A DNA stretch of 64,000 nucleotides from Candidatus Eiseniibacteriota bacterium (GTDB lineage Bacteria > Eisenbacteria > RBG-16-71-46 > JABDJR01), in assembly GCA_963783375.1 (NCBI GenBank), contig CAWANH010000028.1:1312001-1376000 (forward strand). Reading direction: 5' to 3'. This document shows, piece after piece, positions 19,053 through 27,374 of this stretch. Every line of letters begins with the position of its first letter. Position 1 is the stretch's first letter. The position numbers were made by a program, and so were the translations under genes. Below the pieces are notes generated by a model. It worked only from the letters and a program-made list of their open reading frames with translations. It was not told where the DNA came from and did not search any database.

Positions 19053-19502
19053 ATGAGAGGAGACACGGTGGACCGGAACCTGGACGAGACGCATCCGCCG
19101 GACATCGATGTGGTGGCGGGAGTGGTCGTCGAGGCCGGCCGGGTCCTGGTCGCCCGGCGGACCAGCAGCCAGCGGTATCCCCTCCTCTGGGAGTTTCCCG
19201 GGGGCAAGGTGGAGCCGGGGGAAACCCCGGAGGAGGCCCTCGACCGTGAGTTCGCCGAGGAACTGGGGGTGCGGGTCCAGGCGATCGGGGGGTACGGCGA
19301 GATTCGCTACCGGGCCGACTCCGGGCGGTGGATCCACGTCCGGTTCCACCTGGCCCGGCGGACCGGGGGAGAGCCGGCGCCCCTGGAGGTGGACGCCGTG
19401 GAATGGGCGGGGAAGGACCGGCTCGAGGCCCTCGATTTCGTCCCCGCGGATCGGGGGATTCTGGTCCGGGTGCTGGAGGACCTCGACGCGGGGCGGCTGT
19501 AA
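19053..19502 (+). CDS. MutT-like NUDIX hydrolase
   Basis: WEFPGGKVEPGETPEEALDREFAEELG Nudix box. Confidence 0.92.
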   Translation: MRGDTVDRNLDETHPPDIDVVAGVVVEAGRVLVARRTSSQRYPLLWEFPGGKVEPGETPEEALDREFAEELGVRVQAIGGYGEIRYRADSGRWIHVRFHLARRTGGEPAPLEVDAVEWAGKDRLEALDFVPADRGILVRVLEDLDAGRL

Positions 19503-19608
19503 CCGGGGCCGGGGGAGGCGTTCACCGAGCGTGACGCGTGACGGACGGGAACGCGGTGAGGAGGGGGAGGGAAGCCTGGGGGAACGGAACCGGCCGGAGG
19601 ACGGCTAG

Positions 19609-20022
19609 CTAGGGGCGGGGGCTTTGGGGGCCGCCCTCGAAGAGCGTCTTCAGATAGCTCCAGGTGGCGCGCTGGACCGGCGAGGGCACGTTTACGGTGA
19701 TCGAGCCCTGGATGGAGACCTGGTCGCTGGCGAAGTAGTGGATCACCCCGGGATCGTTGAAGGTCTTCTGGAGGGTGGCGTCGGTCTTCGAGAGCTTGAA
19801 CTCGAAGATCTGGCCCAGGTTCTGGTCGTCCGGGGACTCCCCGCTCACCAGAGTGTGGGAACCGGACTCCCAGACCCACTGGACGACATCCCCACGGTTG
19901 ATGGTGATGTCGGCGGGATCGAGGCCGTCGGTCTTCACCGTCACCTGGACGGTCGCGCCCAGGGCAAGCGCCGGTACGAGCAGTGCGATCGCGCACAGCG
20001 CACCGACAAGCCGAAGGCGCAT
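19609..20022 (-). CDS. Secreted cupredoxin-fold protein with a C-terminal TWSYLKTLF tail
   Basis: Signal peptide; PADITINRGDVVQWVW..SHT; F..PG...YF; canonical Cys/His/Met copper ligands appear absent. Confidence 0.7.
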   Translation of the reverse strand: MRLRLVGALCAIALLVPALALGATVQVTVKTDGLDPADITINRGDVVQWVWESGSHTLVSGESPDDQNLGQIFEFKLSKTDATLQKTFNDPGVIHYFASDQVSIQGSITVNVPSPVQRATWSYLKTLFEGGPQSPRP

Positions 20023-20236
20023 TCCGACCTCCTTCCCAGCGTAAAGGACCTCAAAGCAAGTATATGCCAAGTGATCGGCCGGGGCAAGGTTCGGCTTGAA
20101 GGGCCCTAACTCGAAGCGGGAGAGCGGGCTAGAGTTCGATCTGGGCTGCAAAATACCTCAACCCCACCCCAGGGCCTGACGATACCAGAAATGGCCTCCC
20201 CTGCAGGGAGGCCACCAAGGGGTTGGGTTTGAGCCT

Positions 20237-21895
20237 ATGAGACGCTGCCGCAATCGATCCATCGCCAGGGGGGCCCTCGTTCCGGGGGCCCTTGTGCTCG
20301 CGTGCCTGGCCGGGTGCCGGGGGGAGGTCCCCCAGGCTTCGGTCGCCGCCGCCGCCTCACCGGTCCATGGAGGGGTCTTCCGGCTGGCGCTGGAGTCGCC
20401 CGCTACCCTGGATCCCGCCCTCACCGCGGATATCTACGAGGCCACGGTGACCAACCAGATCTTCAGCGGGCTCCTCAAGTGGGATGGGGACCTGAACGTG
20501 CTCCCGGACGTGGCCCAATCCTGGACCATCTCCCGGGACGGCCGGGAATACGTCTTCGATCTTCGGCGAAACGCCCGCTTCCAGAACGGACGCCAGGTCA
20601 CCGCCGAGGACTTCATCTACTCCTTCACCCGGCTCTTCAACGCCGCGGAGGTTCCTCCCGGGATCATCCAGGACTACATGCACAAGATCGTGGGAGTGGA
20701 CGACTTCATGGCCGGCCGGGCGGATCGCATCAGCGGGCTCTCCGCCCCCGACCCGTTCACCCTGGTCGTCCGCCTCAACAAGCCTTACGCCTCGTTCCTC
20801 TCGGTGGTATGCATGGACCAGGCCCGGGTGGTGCCGCGGGAGGAGATCGAGCGGATGGGAGCGGCGGAGTTCGGTCTTCACCCCGTGGGATGCGGGCCCT
20901 TCCGGCTGGTGCGCTGGGAGCCCCAGAAGGAAATGGTCCTGGCCGCCAACCCGGACTACTTCGGGTCCCCCGCCAACCTGGACAGCGTGGTGATCTATCA
21001 CTACCCCAGCGACCAGGGACAGCGCCAGAAGCAGCAGTTCCGCGCGGGGCGGCTGGACGCCTGCGAGGTTCGTGAAAACGAGATCGACGCGCTCGCCCGG
21101 GACGGTTCCGTCTCCATAGTCCGACGGCTCGAACTGAGCATGGAGTTCATGGGGATGAACGTGGATCTTCCCCCCTTCAACGATACGCGGGTCCGGCAGG
21201 CGGTCAGCATGGCCGTGGACCGGGAGAGCCTGGGGCGGATGGCCGGAGCCGGGTTCCACGTTCCCATGGGGCTGCTCCCCCCCGGGATGCCGGGATACGC
21301 TCCCGAGTCGAAGATTCTCCCCGAGGATCTCGCGCGGTCCCGACTCCTTCTTGCCGAGGCGGGGTACGGACCGAAGCACCCTCTGACCTTCGACATCACC
21401 ACCTCGAACCGGAGCCGCCACGCGGTGGTCCGGGACAGTGTCCTGGTGGCGTCCCTGGCCCGGGTGGGGATCGAGGCCCGTCTGGACGAGGTCTCCTGGA
21501 ACGAGCTCATCACCAGGGTGGATGGGCGCCACGCCCCCGCCTTCGAGCTGACCTGGATCGCCGATCTTCCCGATCCGGAGAGCTTCCTCTACACCCTCCT
21601 GGCCTCGGACGGCGGGTACAACCTCTTCAACTACCACAACGAGGGGGTGGATTCCCTCCTCAACGCGGGCCGGGACGAGCCGGTGGTGCAGACCCGGCTC
21701 GAGCTCTACCGCGAGGCCGAGCGGCGAATCCTCCGGGAAGCGCCCCTCATCCCCCTCTTCAACGTGATGACCCTGTACGCGTTCCAGCCGTACGTGCATG
21801 GGGTGGAGATGTCTCCGTTCGGGATCTGCAGCGTGCCGATGGAAAAGATCTGGCTCGACCCCCGACCCCGGGAGGGCATATATGCTGGGCTTTAG
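20237..21895 (+). CDS. Family 5 (peptide/nickel) extracellular solute-binding lipoprotein
   Basis: LAGC lipobox; TLDPA, PDVAQSW, VTAEDF, PVGCGPF, VRQAV, W.AD.PDP. Confidence 0.92.
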   Translation: MRRCRNRSIARGALVPGALVLACLAGCRGEVPQASVAAAASPVHGGVFRLALESPATLDPALTADIYEATVTNQIFSGLLKWDGDLNVLPDVAQSWTISRDGREYVFDLRRNARFQNGRQVTAEDFIYSFTRLFNAAEVPPGIIQDYMHKIVGVDDFMAGRADRISGLSAPDPFTLVVRLNKPYASFLSVVCMDQARVVPREEIERMGAAEFGLHPVGCGPFRLVRWEPQKEMVLAANPDYFGSPANLDSVVIYHYPSDQGQRQKQQFRAGRLDACEVRENEIDALARDGSVSIVRRLELSMEFMGMNVDLPPFNDTRVRQAVSMAVDRESLGRMAGAGFHVPMGLLPPGMPGYAPESKILPEDLARSRLLLAEAGYGPKHPLTFDITTSNRSRHAVVRDSVLVASLARVGIEARLDEVSWNELITRVDGRHAPAFELTWIADLPDPESFLYTLLASDGGYNLFNYHNEGVDSLLNAGRDEPVVQTRLELYREAERRILREAPLIPLFNVMTLYAFQPYVHGVEMSPFGICSVPMEKIWLDPRPREGIYAGL

Positions 21896-24221
21896 CGAGC
21901 GGCGCCGCCTCCGGCTCCAATACCGGATCCTGGTCGCCTTCATCGCCATCGTCACCGGGGTGATCGCCCTGGTCATCATGGTGGTGGACGTCCGCCAGCG
22001 CCACGTGATGATGGAGCTCAACCGGGAGCGGGGGCTGGCCATCGGGCACAGCCTGGCCGCGGCCTCCTCCAACGCGCTTCTCTCCTACAACTACGTCGCG
22101 CTCCAGCAGCTGACCCAACACGCGGTGCGCGAGGACGGCGTGCGCTACGTGATCGTGCTCGACAAGGAGGGAAAGGTCGCCGGCTACAGCGGGCGTCCGG
22201 AGTGGCAGGGCCGGGAGCTCTCGGACGGGGTGAGCCTGGCCGCGTCCCGATCCGGCGACATGCTCATCCAACAGGTGCATACCAAGGAAATGGGACCCCA
22301 CGCCGGTCTCGACATCGCGATTCCGGTGTTCGTCGAGGGCTCTCCCACCAAGTGGGGGCTGGTCCGGGTCGGTCTCTCCCTGGACGGAATGTACGATGAG
22401 CTCTACCGGACGCGATTCTGGCTGCTCGCCCTGGGGGCGGGAGTGCTTTTCCTGGGCTTCATGGTCGCCCGGCTGCTGGCCCGCCGCATCGTCGGGCCCA
22501 TGGATCGTCTGGTCGAGGCCACCGCCGAACTGGCCAAGGGAAATTTCGACTACCGGGTGGGTCTCACCACCGGGGACGAGTTCGAGGATCTCTCGCGCAA
22601 GTTCGACTGGATGGCCCGGGAGATCCGGGAGAAGCAATCCCAGGTCGAGAGCACCAACCGGGAACTGGCCGCCTTGAACGCGAGCCTGGAAGAGAAGGTG
22701 GTCGTTCGCACCAAGGCCCTCACCGAGGCCGAAGAGAAGTACCGGCTCCTGGTGGAGCAGTCTCCCAACCCCATCTGCATCATCCAGAACGGCCACCTGG
22801 TCTTCTTCAACCAGGCCTTCTGTGAGACGTTCGGGCATTCGGCCGGGGAACTGAATTCACCCGAGTTCGATTTGGCCGCCCTCTTCGACCCGGAGGAGAC
22901 CGACGTCGAGAAGCTCTTCTCTCCAGGAGTCGGGGACCACTCCGGCGTGCTCAACGCGCCGCGGGAGGTCCGGGCACGCCGGCGGGACGGAACCTGGATC
23001 CACCTGGACATGCGCTCCACCGCGATTTCCTTCGAGGGCGCTCCCGCCCTGGAGGCGATCCTGGTGGACGTGACCGAACAACGGGAGCTCCAGGAGAACA
23101 TCGTGTCCTACGAGCGCCTGCGGGCGCTGGGGGAGATGGCCAGCGGGGTGGCCCACGACTTCAACAACGTCCTGGGGGCGATCCTGGCCCGGGCCCAGTT
23201 CCTTCGTCGTCACACCGCGGAGGATGAACTGCTTCGGGGTCTGCGCATCATCGAGAAGGCCGCCCAGGACGGGGCGGAAACCGTGAAGCGGATCCAGGAG
23301 TTCACCCGGGTCCGTACCGACCGTGATTTCGCCGAAGTCAACCTCAATGACGTTCTGGAAGACGTCCTGGAGATGACCCGGAGCCGATGGGTGGACGAAG
23401 CCCACCGCCTGGGGAAGAAGATCGAGGTCAAACGCGCCCTGAACGAGGTTCAGCTGGTGGCGGGGAACATCTCGGAGCTGCGCGAGGTGTTCACCAACCT
23501 CATCCTGAACGCGGTGGACGCGATTCCCCGCCAGGGCGCGATCACCGTCTGCACCTACAACGAAGGTCCGAACGTGGTGGTCGTCATCTCCGACACCGGC
23601 GAGGGGATGTCCCCCGAAGTCCAGCGCCGCCTCTTCGACCCGTTCTTCACCACCAAGGGGGCCCGCGGAAACGGTCTCGGTATGAGCATCGTCTACGGGA
23701 TCATTCGGCGGCACGGGGGCGACGTGGTGGTGAAGAGCGAACGCGACCAGGGGACCCTGTTCGAGGTCACCCTGCCCGCCCTGGCCGCCTCACTGCGCTC
23801 CCCGGATGCGGAGCCGCCGGAGACGAGATCCTTCACCGGCTCGGGCACGGTCCTGGTGGTGGACGACGAGGAGGATATCCGGACCCTGGTATCGGAGATC
23901 CTGGAAGACGCGGGGTACCGCACCACGATCGCTCCGGGGGGAGCGGAGGCGGTGGATCTGCTGCGGTCCCGGTCCTTCGATCTGGTGGTCACCGATCTGG
24001 GCATGCCGGTGGTGGGCGGATGGGACGTCGCCCGCGAGGCCCGGAGCGCCTGGCCCGACGTTCGCCTGCTCCTTCTCACCGGATGGGGCTCCACCCTGGA
24101 TTCCGCGGAGGTTGAGCGCTACGGGATCGATCGGACGCTCAAGAAGCCGTTCGAAATGAACGAGCTGCTGGGGGTGATCCACGAACTCCTGGACGATCCG
24201 GAAATCCGAAAGAGCGCCTGA
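21882..24221 (+). CDS. Hybrid sensor histidine kinase (Cache-HAMP-PAS-HisKA-HATPase-REC)
   Basis: GVAHDFNN, NLILNA, DTGEGM, FFTTKG, GLG; receiver VLVVDDE..VTDLGMP. Confidence 0.93.
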   Translation: MLGFSERRRLRLQYRILVAFIAIVTGVIALVIMVVDVRQRHVMMELNRERGLAIGHSLAAASSNALLSYNYVALQQLTQHAVREDGVRYVIVLDKEGKVAGYSGRPEWQGRELSDGVSLAASRSGDMLIQQVHTKEMGPHAGLDIAIPVFVEGSPTKWGLVRVGLSLDGMYDELYRTRFWLLALGAGVLFLGFMVARLLARRIVGPMDRLVEATAELAKGNFDYRVGLTTGDEFEDLSRKFDWMAREIREKQSQVESTNRELAALNASLEEKVVVRTKALTEAEEKYRLLVEQSPNPICIIQNGHLVFFNQAFCETFGHSAGELNSPEFDLAALFDPEETDVEKLFSPGVGDHSGVLNAPREVRARRRDGTWIHLDMRSTAISFEGAPALEAILVDVTEQRELQENIVSYERLRALGEMASGVAHDFNNVLGAILARAQFLRRHTAEDELLRGLRIIEKAAQDGAETVKRIQEFTRVRTDRDFAEVNLNDVLEDVLEMTRSRWVDEAHRLGKKIEVKRALNEVQLVAGNISELREVFTNLILNAVDAIPRQGAITVCTYNEGPNVVVVISDTGEGMSPEVQRRLFDPFFTTKGARGNGLGMSIVYGIIRRHGGDVVVKSERDQGTLFEVTLPALAASLRSPDAEPPETRSFTGSGTVLVVDDEEDIRTLVSEILEDAGYRTTIAPGGAEAVDLLRSRSFDLVVTDLGMPVVGGWDVAREARSAWPDVRLLLLTGWGSTLDSAEVERYGIDRTLKKPFEMNELLGVIHELLDDPEIRKSA

Positions 24222-24277
24222 CCCGACCGGTTCAGGAGACCGTGCAGCGAGGGGGCGCAGATGGCCGTCGGATCGGG

Positions 24278-25018
24278 CTAGCTCTTCGTCTCCTCGTCCA
24301 CGAACTTGTAGCCGACCTTGTGGATCGTACGGATGAATCGGCTGCGATCCCGGCCTCCCTCGAGCTTGCGGCGGAGGTTGGCAATGTGGGTATCCACGGT
24401 CCGGCTGGTTGGAAGGTCGTCCGCGTCCTTTCCCCAGATCTCGTCCAGGAGCCGCTCCCTCGTGATGGTCTGACCCACGTTGGTGATGAACAGGCGCAGG
24501 ACCTCGAACTCCTTGAACGAGAGTTGAATCTCCCGACCGCGCTTCCGGCACTCGCGCCGCGCGAGATCCACCTCGACGTCCCCGAAGGAATAGGTCTCCA
24601 CCGGCTCCTTCTCCCGGTCGGCCTGGGTTCGGCGGAGCACCGCGGTGATGCGGGCGAGGAGTTCGCGGATGGAAAACGGCTTGGTCACGTAGTCGTCGGC
24701 TCCCAGGCGGAACCCCTCGACCTTGTCCGCCTCCATACCCTTTGCGGTGATGAGGATGACCGGCACCTCCCTGTCCTCGGCGCGAATGGCTTCCAGGACC
24801 TCGAACCCGCTCATCTCGGGAAGCATGATGTCCAGAAGCACCATGTCGGGGCGCTCCCGCGACCAGGTGCTGAGGCCCGCGCGGCCGGTGGTGGCGGTCA
24901 GCACCGAGAAGCCCTCGAAGGCGAGGTTGTGTTCGAGTCCGATCAGCATGTCCGGTTCGTCCTCGATGATGAGGATCCTGGCGGGAGCCTGATTCGTGAC
25001 CGCTTCTGGATTGCTCAT
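24278..25018 (-). CDS. OmpR/PhoB-family response regulator
   Basis: ILIIEDE, LLDIMLP, GADDYVTKPF, RTVDTHIANLRRK. Confidence 0.95.
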   Translation of the reverse strand: MSNPEAVTNQAPARILIIEDEPDMLIGLEHNLAFEGFSVLTATTGRAGLSTWSRERPDMVLLDIMLPEMSGFEVLEAIRAEDREVPVILITAKGMEADKVEGFRLGADDYVTKPFSIRELLARITAVLRRTQADREKEPVETYSFGDVEVDLARRECRKRGREIQLSFKEFEVLRLFITNVGQTITRERLLDEIWGKDADDLPTSRTVDTHIANLRRKLEGGRDRSRFIRTIHKVGYKFVDEETKS

Positions 25019-26664
25019 GCCTGGTGTCCCTCCTGGCCGGGATGGTTTCCATCCGGCGTCCTGGACGCGTCCTCGATGGGGAGGAAGATCATGAACGTGC
25101 TGCCCTCGCCGAGCCGGCTCTCCAACGTGATCCGGCCGCCGTGAGCATCGACAATATGCCTGACCAGCGTCAGCCCCAGCCCCGACCCCTTGACGTCGTG
25201 GATCAGTCCCCTTTCGACCCGGTAGAACTGCTCGAATATCTTATCCTGTTCCCGGGGGGGTATGCCCACCCCGTGATCCTGGACCAGGATACGGGCCTCG
25301 CCGTCCTGCCGGCTGAGTTCCACTCTAAGGTATTTCCTGTCTCTCGAGTACTTGATGGCGTTGTCCATGAGGTTCAGGAGAGCCTGGGTGACTCCTTCGC
25401 CGTCCGCGGGGACCGGGGGGAGATCCTCGGCCAACCGGATCTCCACCTCGAAACCCTGCCGGCGGAGCTGGAAGTCGTAGGCGGAAAGCGTCTCGTTGAT
25501 GATGGCGGCCAGGTCCACCGGTTGCATCTGGTAGGTCTTCCGCCCCTGTTCGATCCGGTTCACGTCCAGGACGTTGTTGATGAGGTGGGTGAGTCGCTGG
25601 CTCTCCTTGTGGATGACCCGGAGGAACTCCTTGCGTTTCTCCGGGTCCGGGACGCGATCCAGCTCCAGGGTCTCCGCGAACAGACGAATCAGGGCGAGGG
25701 GGGTCTTGAGCTCGTGGGAAACATTGCTCACGAAGGTCGACTTCACCTCGGCCAGCTCCATCTCGTGGAGGACGTAGCGCAGCGTGAAGGCCACCGCCAC
25801 CAGGATCACCAGGAACATGGTCACGATCACCGCGAGATCCGTGATCACCACGCTGCGCACCCAGCTCTCGAACCGGTCGTTCTGGAGCTGGATGCCCACC
25901 CGGTAGAAGGGGAGCACGCGCGTGAAGGGGCGAACGCCGATGTATCCGGTGTGGAGCCCCGGTTCGGTCTGGAAGAAGGGCGTCCCCTCCTCGTCCATGA
26001 GGGTCACCGCCACCGGGGTCGGCGAAAGGGCCCCGCGAAAGACGTCGGGGTTGCTCACCAGCTCCTTGGTCAGGGTCTGCTCCAGGAATCCGCTCTCGCT
26101 CTGGACGTAGGCCAGGTTCCAGACGAACGCCGCCACACCCAGGAGTTCCCCGTCGTCGGAGTGCAGGGTGAAGTAGGTCACCTCGGCGGGGGCAAGGGAG
26201 TCGGGGGACGTGATGTGGCTGAGGGGGCTGGGTAGGATCTGGTGCTTGGGCAGGGTGGCCATGATCGGGCGCATGACCCAGTCGGGGGGGGGTACGAAGG
26301 CCAGGGGGAGGCTTGCGTGAATGTCCGGGTAGTAGACGAGACCCACCGGGCTCACGAAGAAGGCCTGCCGGTAGAGAGGGTTCTCGTCCTGGAACCGGTT
26401 CAGGAACTCCTTGACCTCCACCGGGTTCTCGGGAGGCACGAGCCGGGCGGAGACCATGTTGAGCTGTTCCTTCTCCCAGTAGGCGTCTTCCAGGGCGTTC
26501 ACCGCAATGCGGGCGGTGTAGTCTCCATAATCGGAGCGTACCGTCCGGGTGATATTGGTGAAGTCGCGGAGCAGCCTCACGCCCAAGAGGCTCAGGAACA
26601 ACGCAGGCAACGCCAGCCCCGCGGCCAGGAGAACAAGGAGGAGCCTCTTCCGGGGGCGTTTCAT
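25015..26664 (-). CDS. Sensor histidine kinase
   Basis: NVSHELKTPL, NLMDNAIKYS, DHGVGI, GSGLGL; two TM segments. Confidence 0.93.
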   Translation of the reverse strand: MKRPRKRLLLVLLAAGLALPALFLSLLGVRLLRDFTNITRTVRSDYGDYTARIAVNALEDAYWEKEQLNMVSARLVPPENPVEVKEFLNRFQDENPLYRQAFFVSPVGLVYYPDIHASLPLAFVPPPDWVMRPIMATLPKHQILPSPLSHITSPDSLAPAEVTYFTLHSDDGELLGVAAFVWNLAYVQSESGFLEQTLTKELVSNPDVFRGALSPTPVAVTLMDEEGTPFFQTEPGLHTGYIGVRPFTRVLPFYRVGIQLQNDRFESWVRSVVITDLAVIVTMFLVILVAVAFTLRYVLHEMELAEVKSTFVSNVSHELKTPLALIRLFAETLELDRVPDPEKRKEFLRVIHKESQRLTHLINNVLDVNRIEQGRKTYQMQPVDLAAIINETLSAYDFQLRRQGFEVEIRLAEDLPPVPADGEGVTQALLNLMDNAIKYSRDRKYLRVELSRQDGEARILVQDHGVGIPPREQDKIFEQFYRVERGLIHDVKGSGLGLTLVRHIVDAHGGRITLESRLGEGSTFMIFLPIEDASRTPDGNHPGQEGHQA

Positions 26665-26692
26665 GGGAGGGCGGGCTCGGCGGTCACCGGGG

Positions 26693-27187
26693 TCAGAACC
26701 TCACCGTGGTCCTGGATCTCACCGCCAGGGAGGCTTCGAGGTGGAGCCGGTGAATGATCGATTCCCGGTCGGAGGTGAGGATCGCGAAGACTCCGTGGGC
26801 CCCGGTGGAGATCTGGAGCTGGACCAGGTTGGATCCGAGCACGTCGTGGCCGCAGGCCTGCCCGAGCCGGGACCGGAGCTCGGGTTCGGCGGCCAGCCGG
26901 GTGGCCAGTTCCTGTCGTTCGTAGGCGAATCGGAGGAGGGGCTCAGCCACCGAGGGATCGTTGGAGTAGTAGTAGTAGACCACCCCGCGGCGGAGGGAAC
27001 CCACCTCCTGCTGGGCCAGGGGGAATACCTCCTGGTAACGGCTCCACAGGTCGCAGACCGGACACCCCGGAACGGTAGGGCGCTCCGCCGCATTGGGGAC
27101 CTGGCCGGAGGAAACGCCGGTCCGCGCCCCCAGAAGCAGGCAGAAGGCCAGTCCCGCCCCCAGGCCCGTCCGGATCGTCTTCCGCAT
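26693..27187 (-). CDS. Exported hypothetical protein with CxxC, upstream of the HK-RR pair
   Basis: Signal-like N-terminus, GCPVCD and ACGH; AGGAG-like RBS; co-oriented 28 bp before the kinase. Confidence 0.65.
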   Translation of the reverse strand: MRKTIRTGLGAGLAFCLLLGARTGVSSGQVPNAAERPTVPGCPVCDLWSRYQEVFPLAQQEVGSLRRGVVYYYYSNDPSVAEPLLRFAYERQELATRLAAEPELRSRLGQACGHDVLGSNLVQLQISTGAHGVFAILTSDRESIIHRLHLEASLAVRSRTTVRF

Positions 27188-27374
27188 GAATCTCTCCTTC
27201 GGCCCGCCACCGGGTGCCAGGACCGGTTCCCGCCGTCCCGCTTTCCCTTCATAATGGTACGCGTCGGGGGATCTCCCCGGAGGTGCCGATAGGAACTATA
27301 ACCCGTCCGGGGCCTTTTCATGGATGGGGGGCGCCGTTCCCGGTGACCGGGGCCGGCGTGCCGAGGACAAAGGA

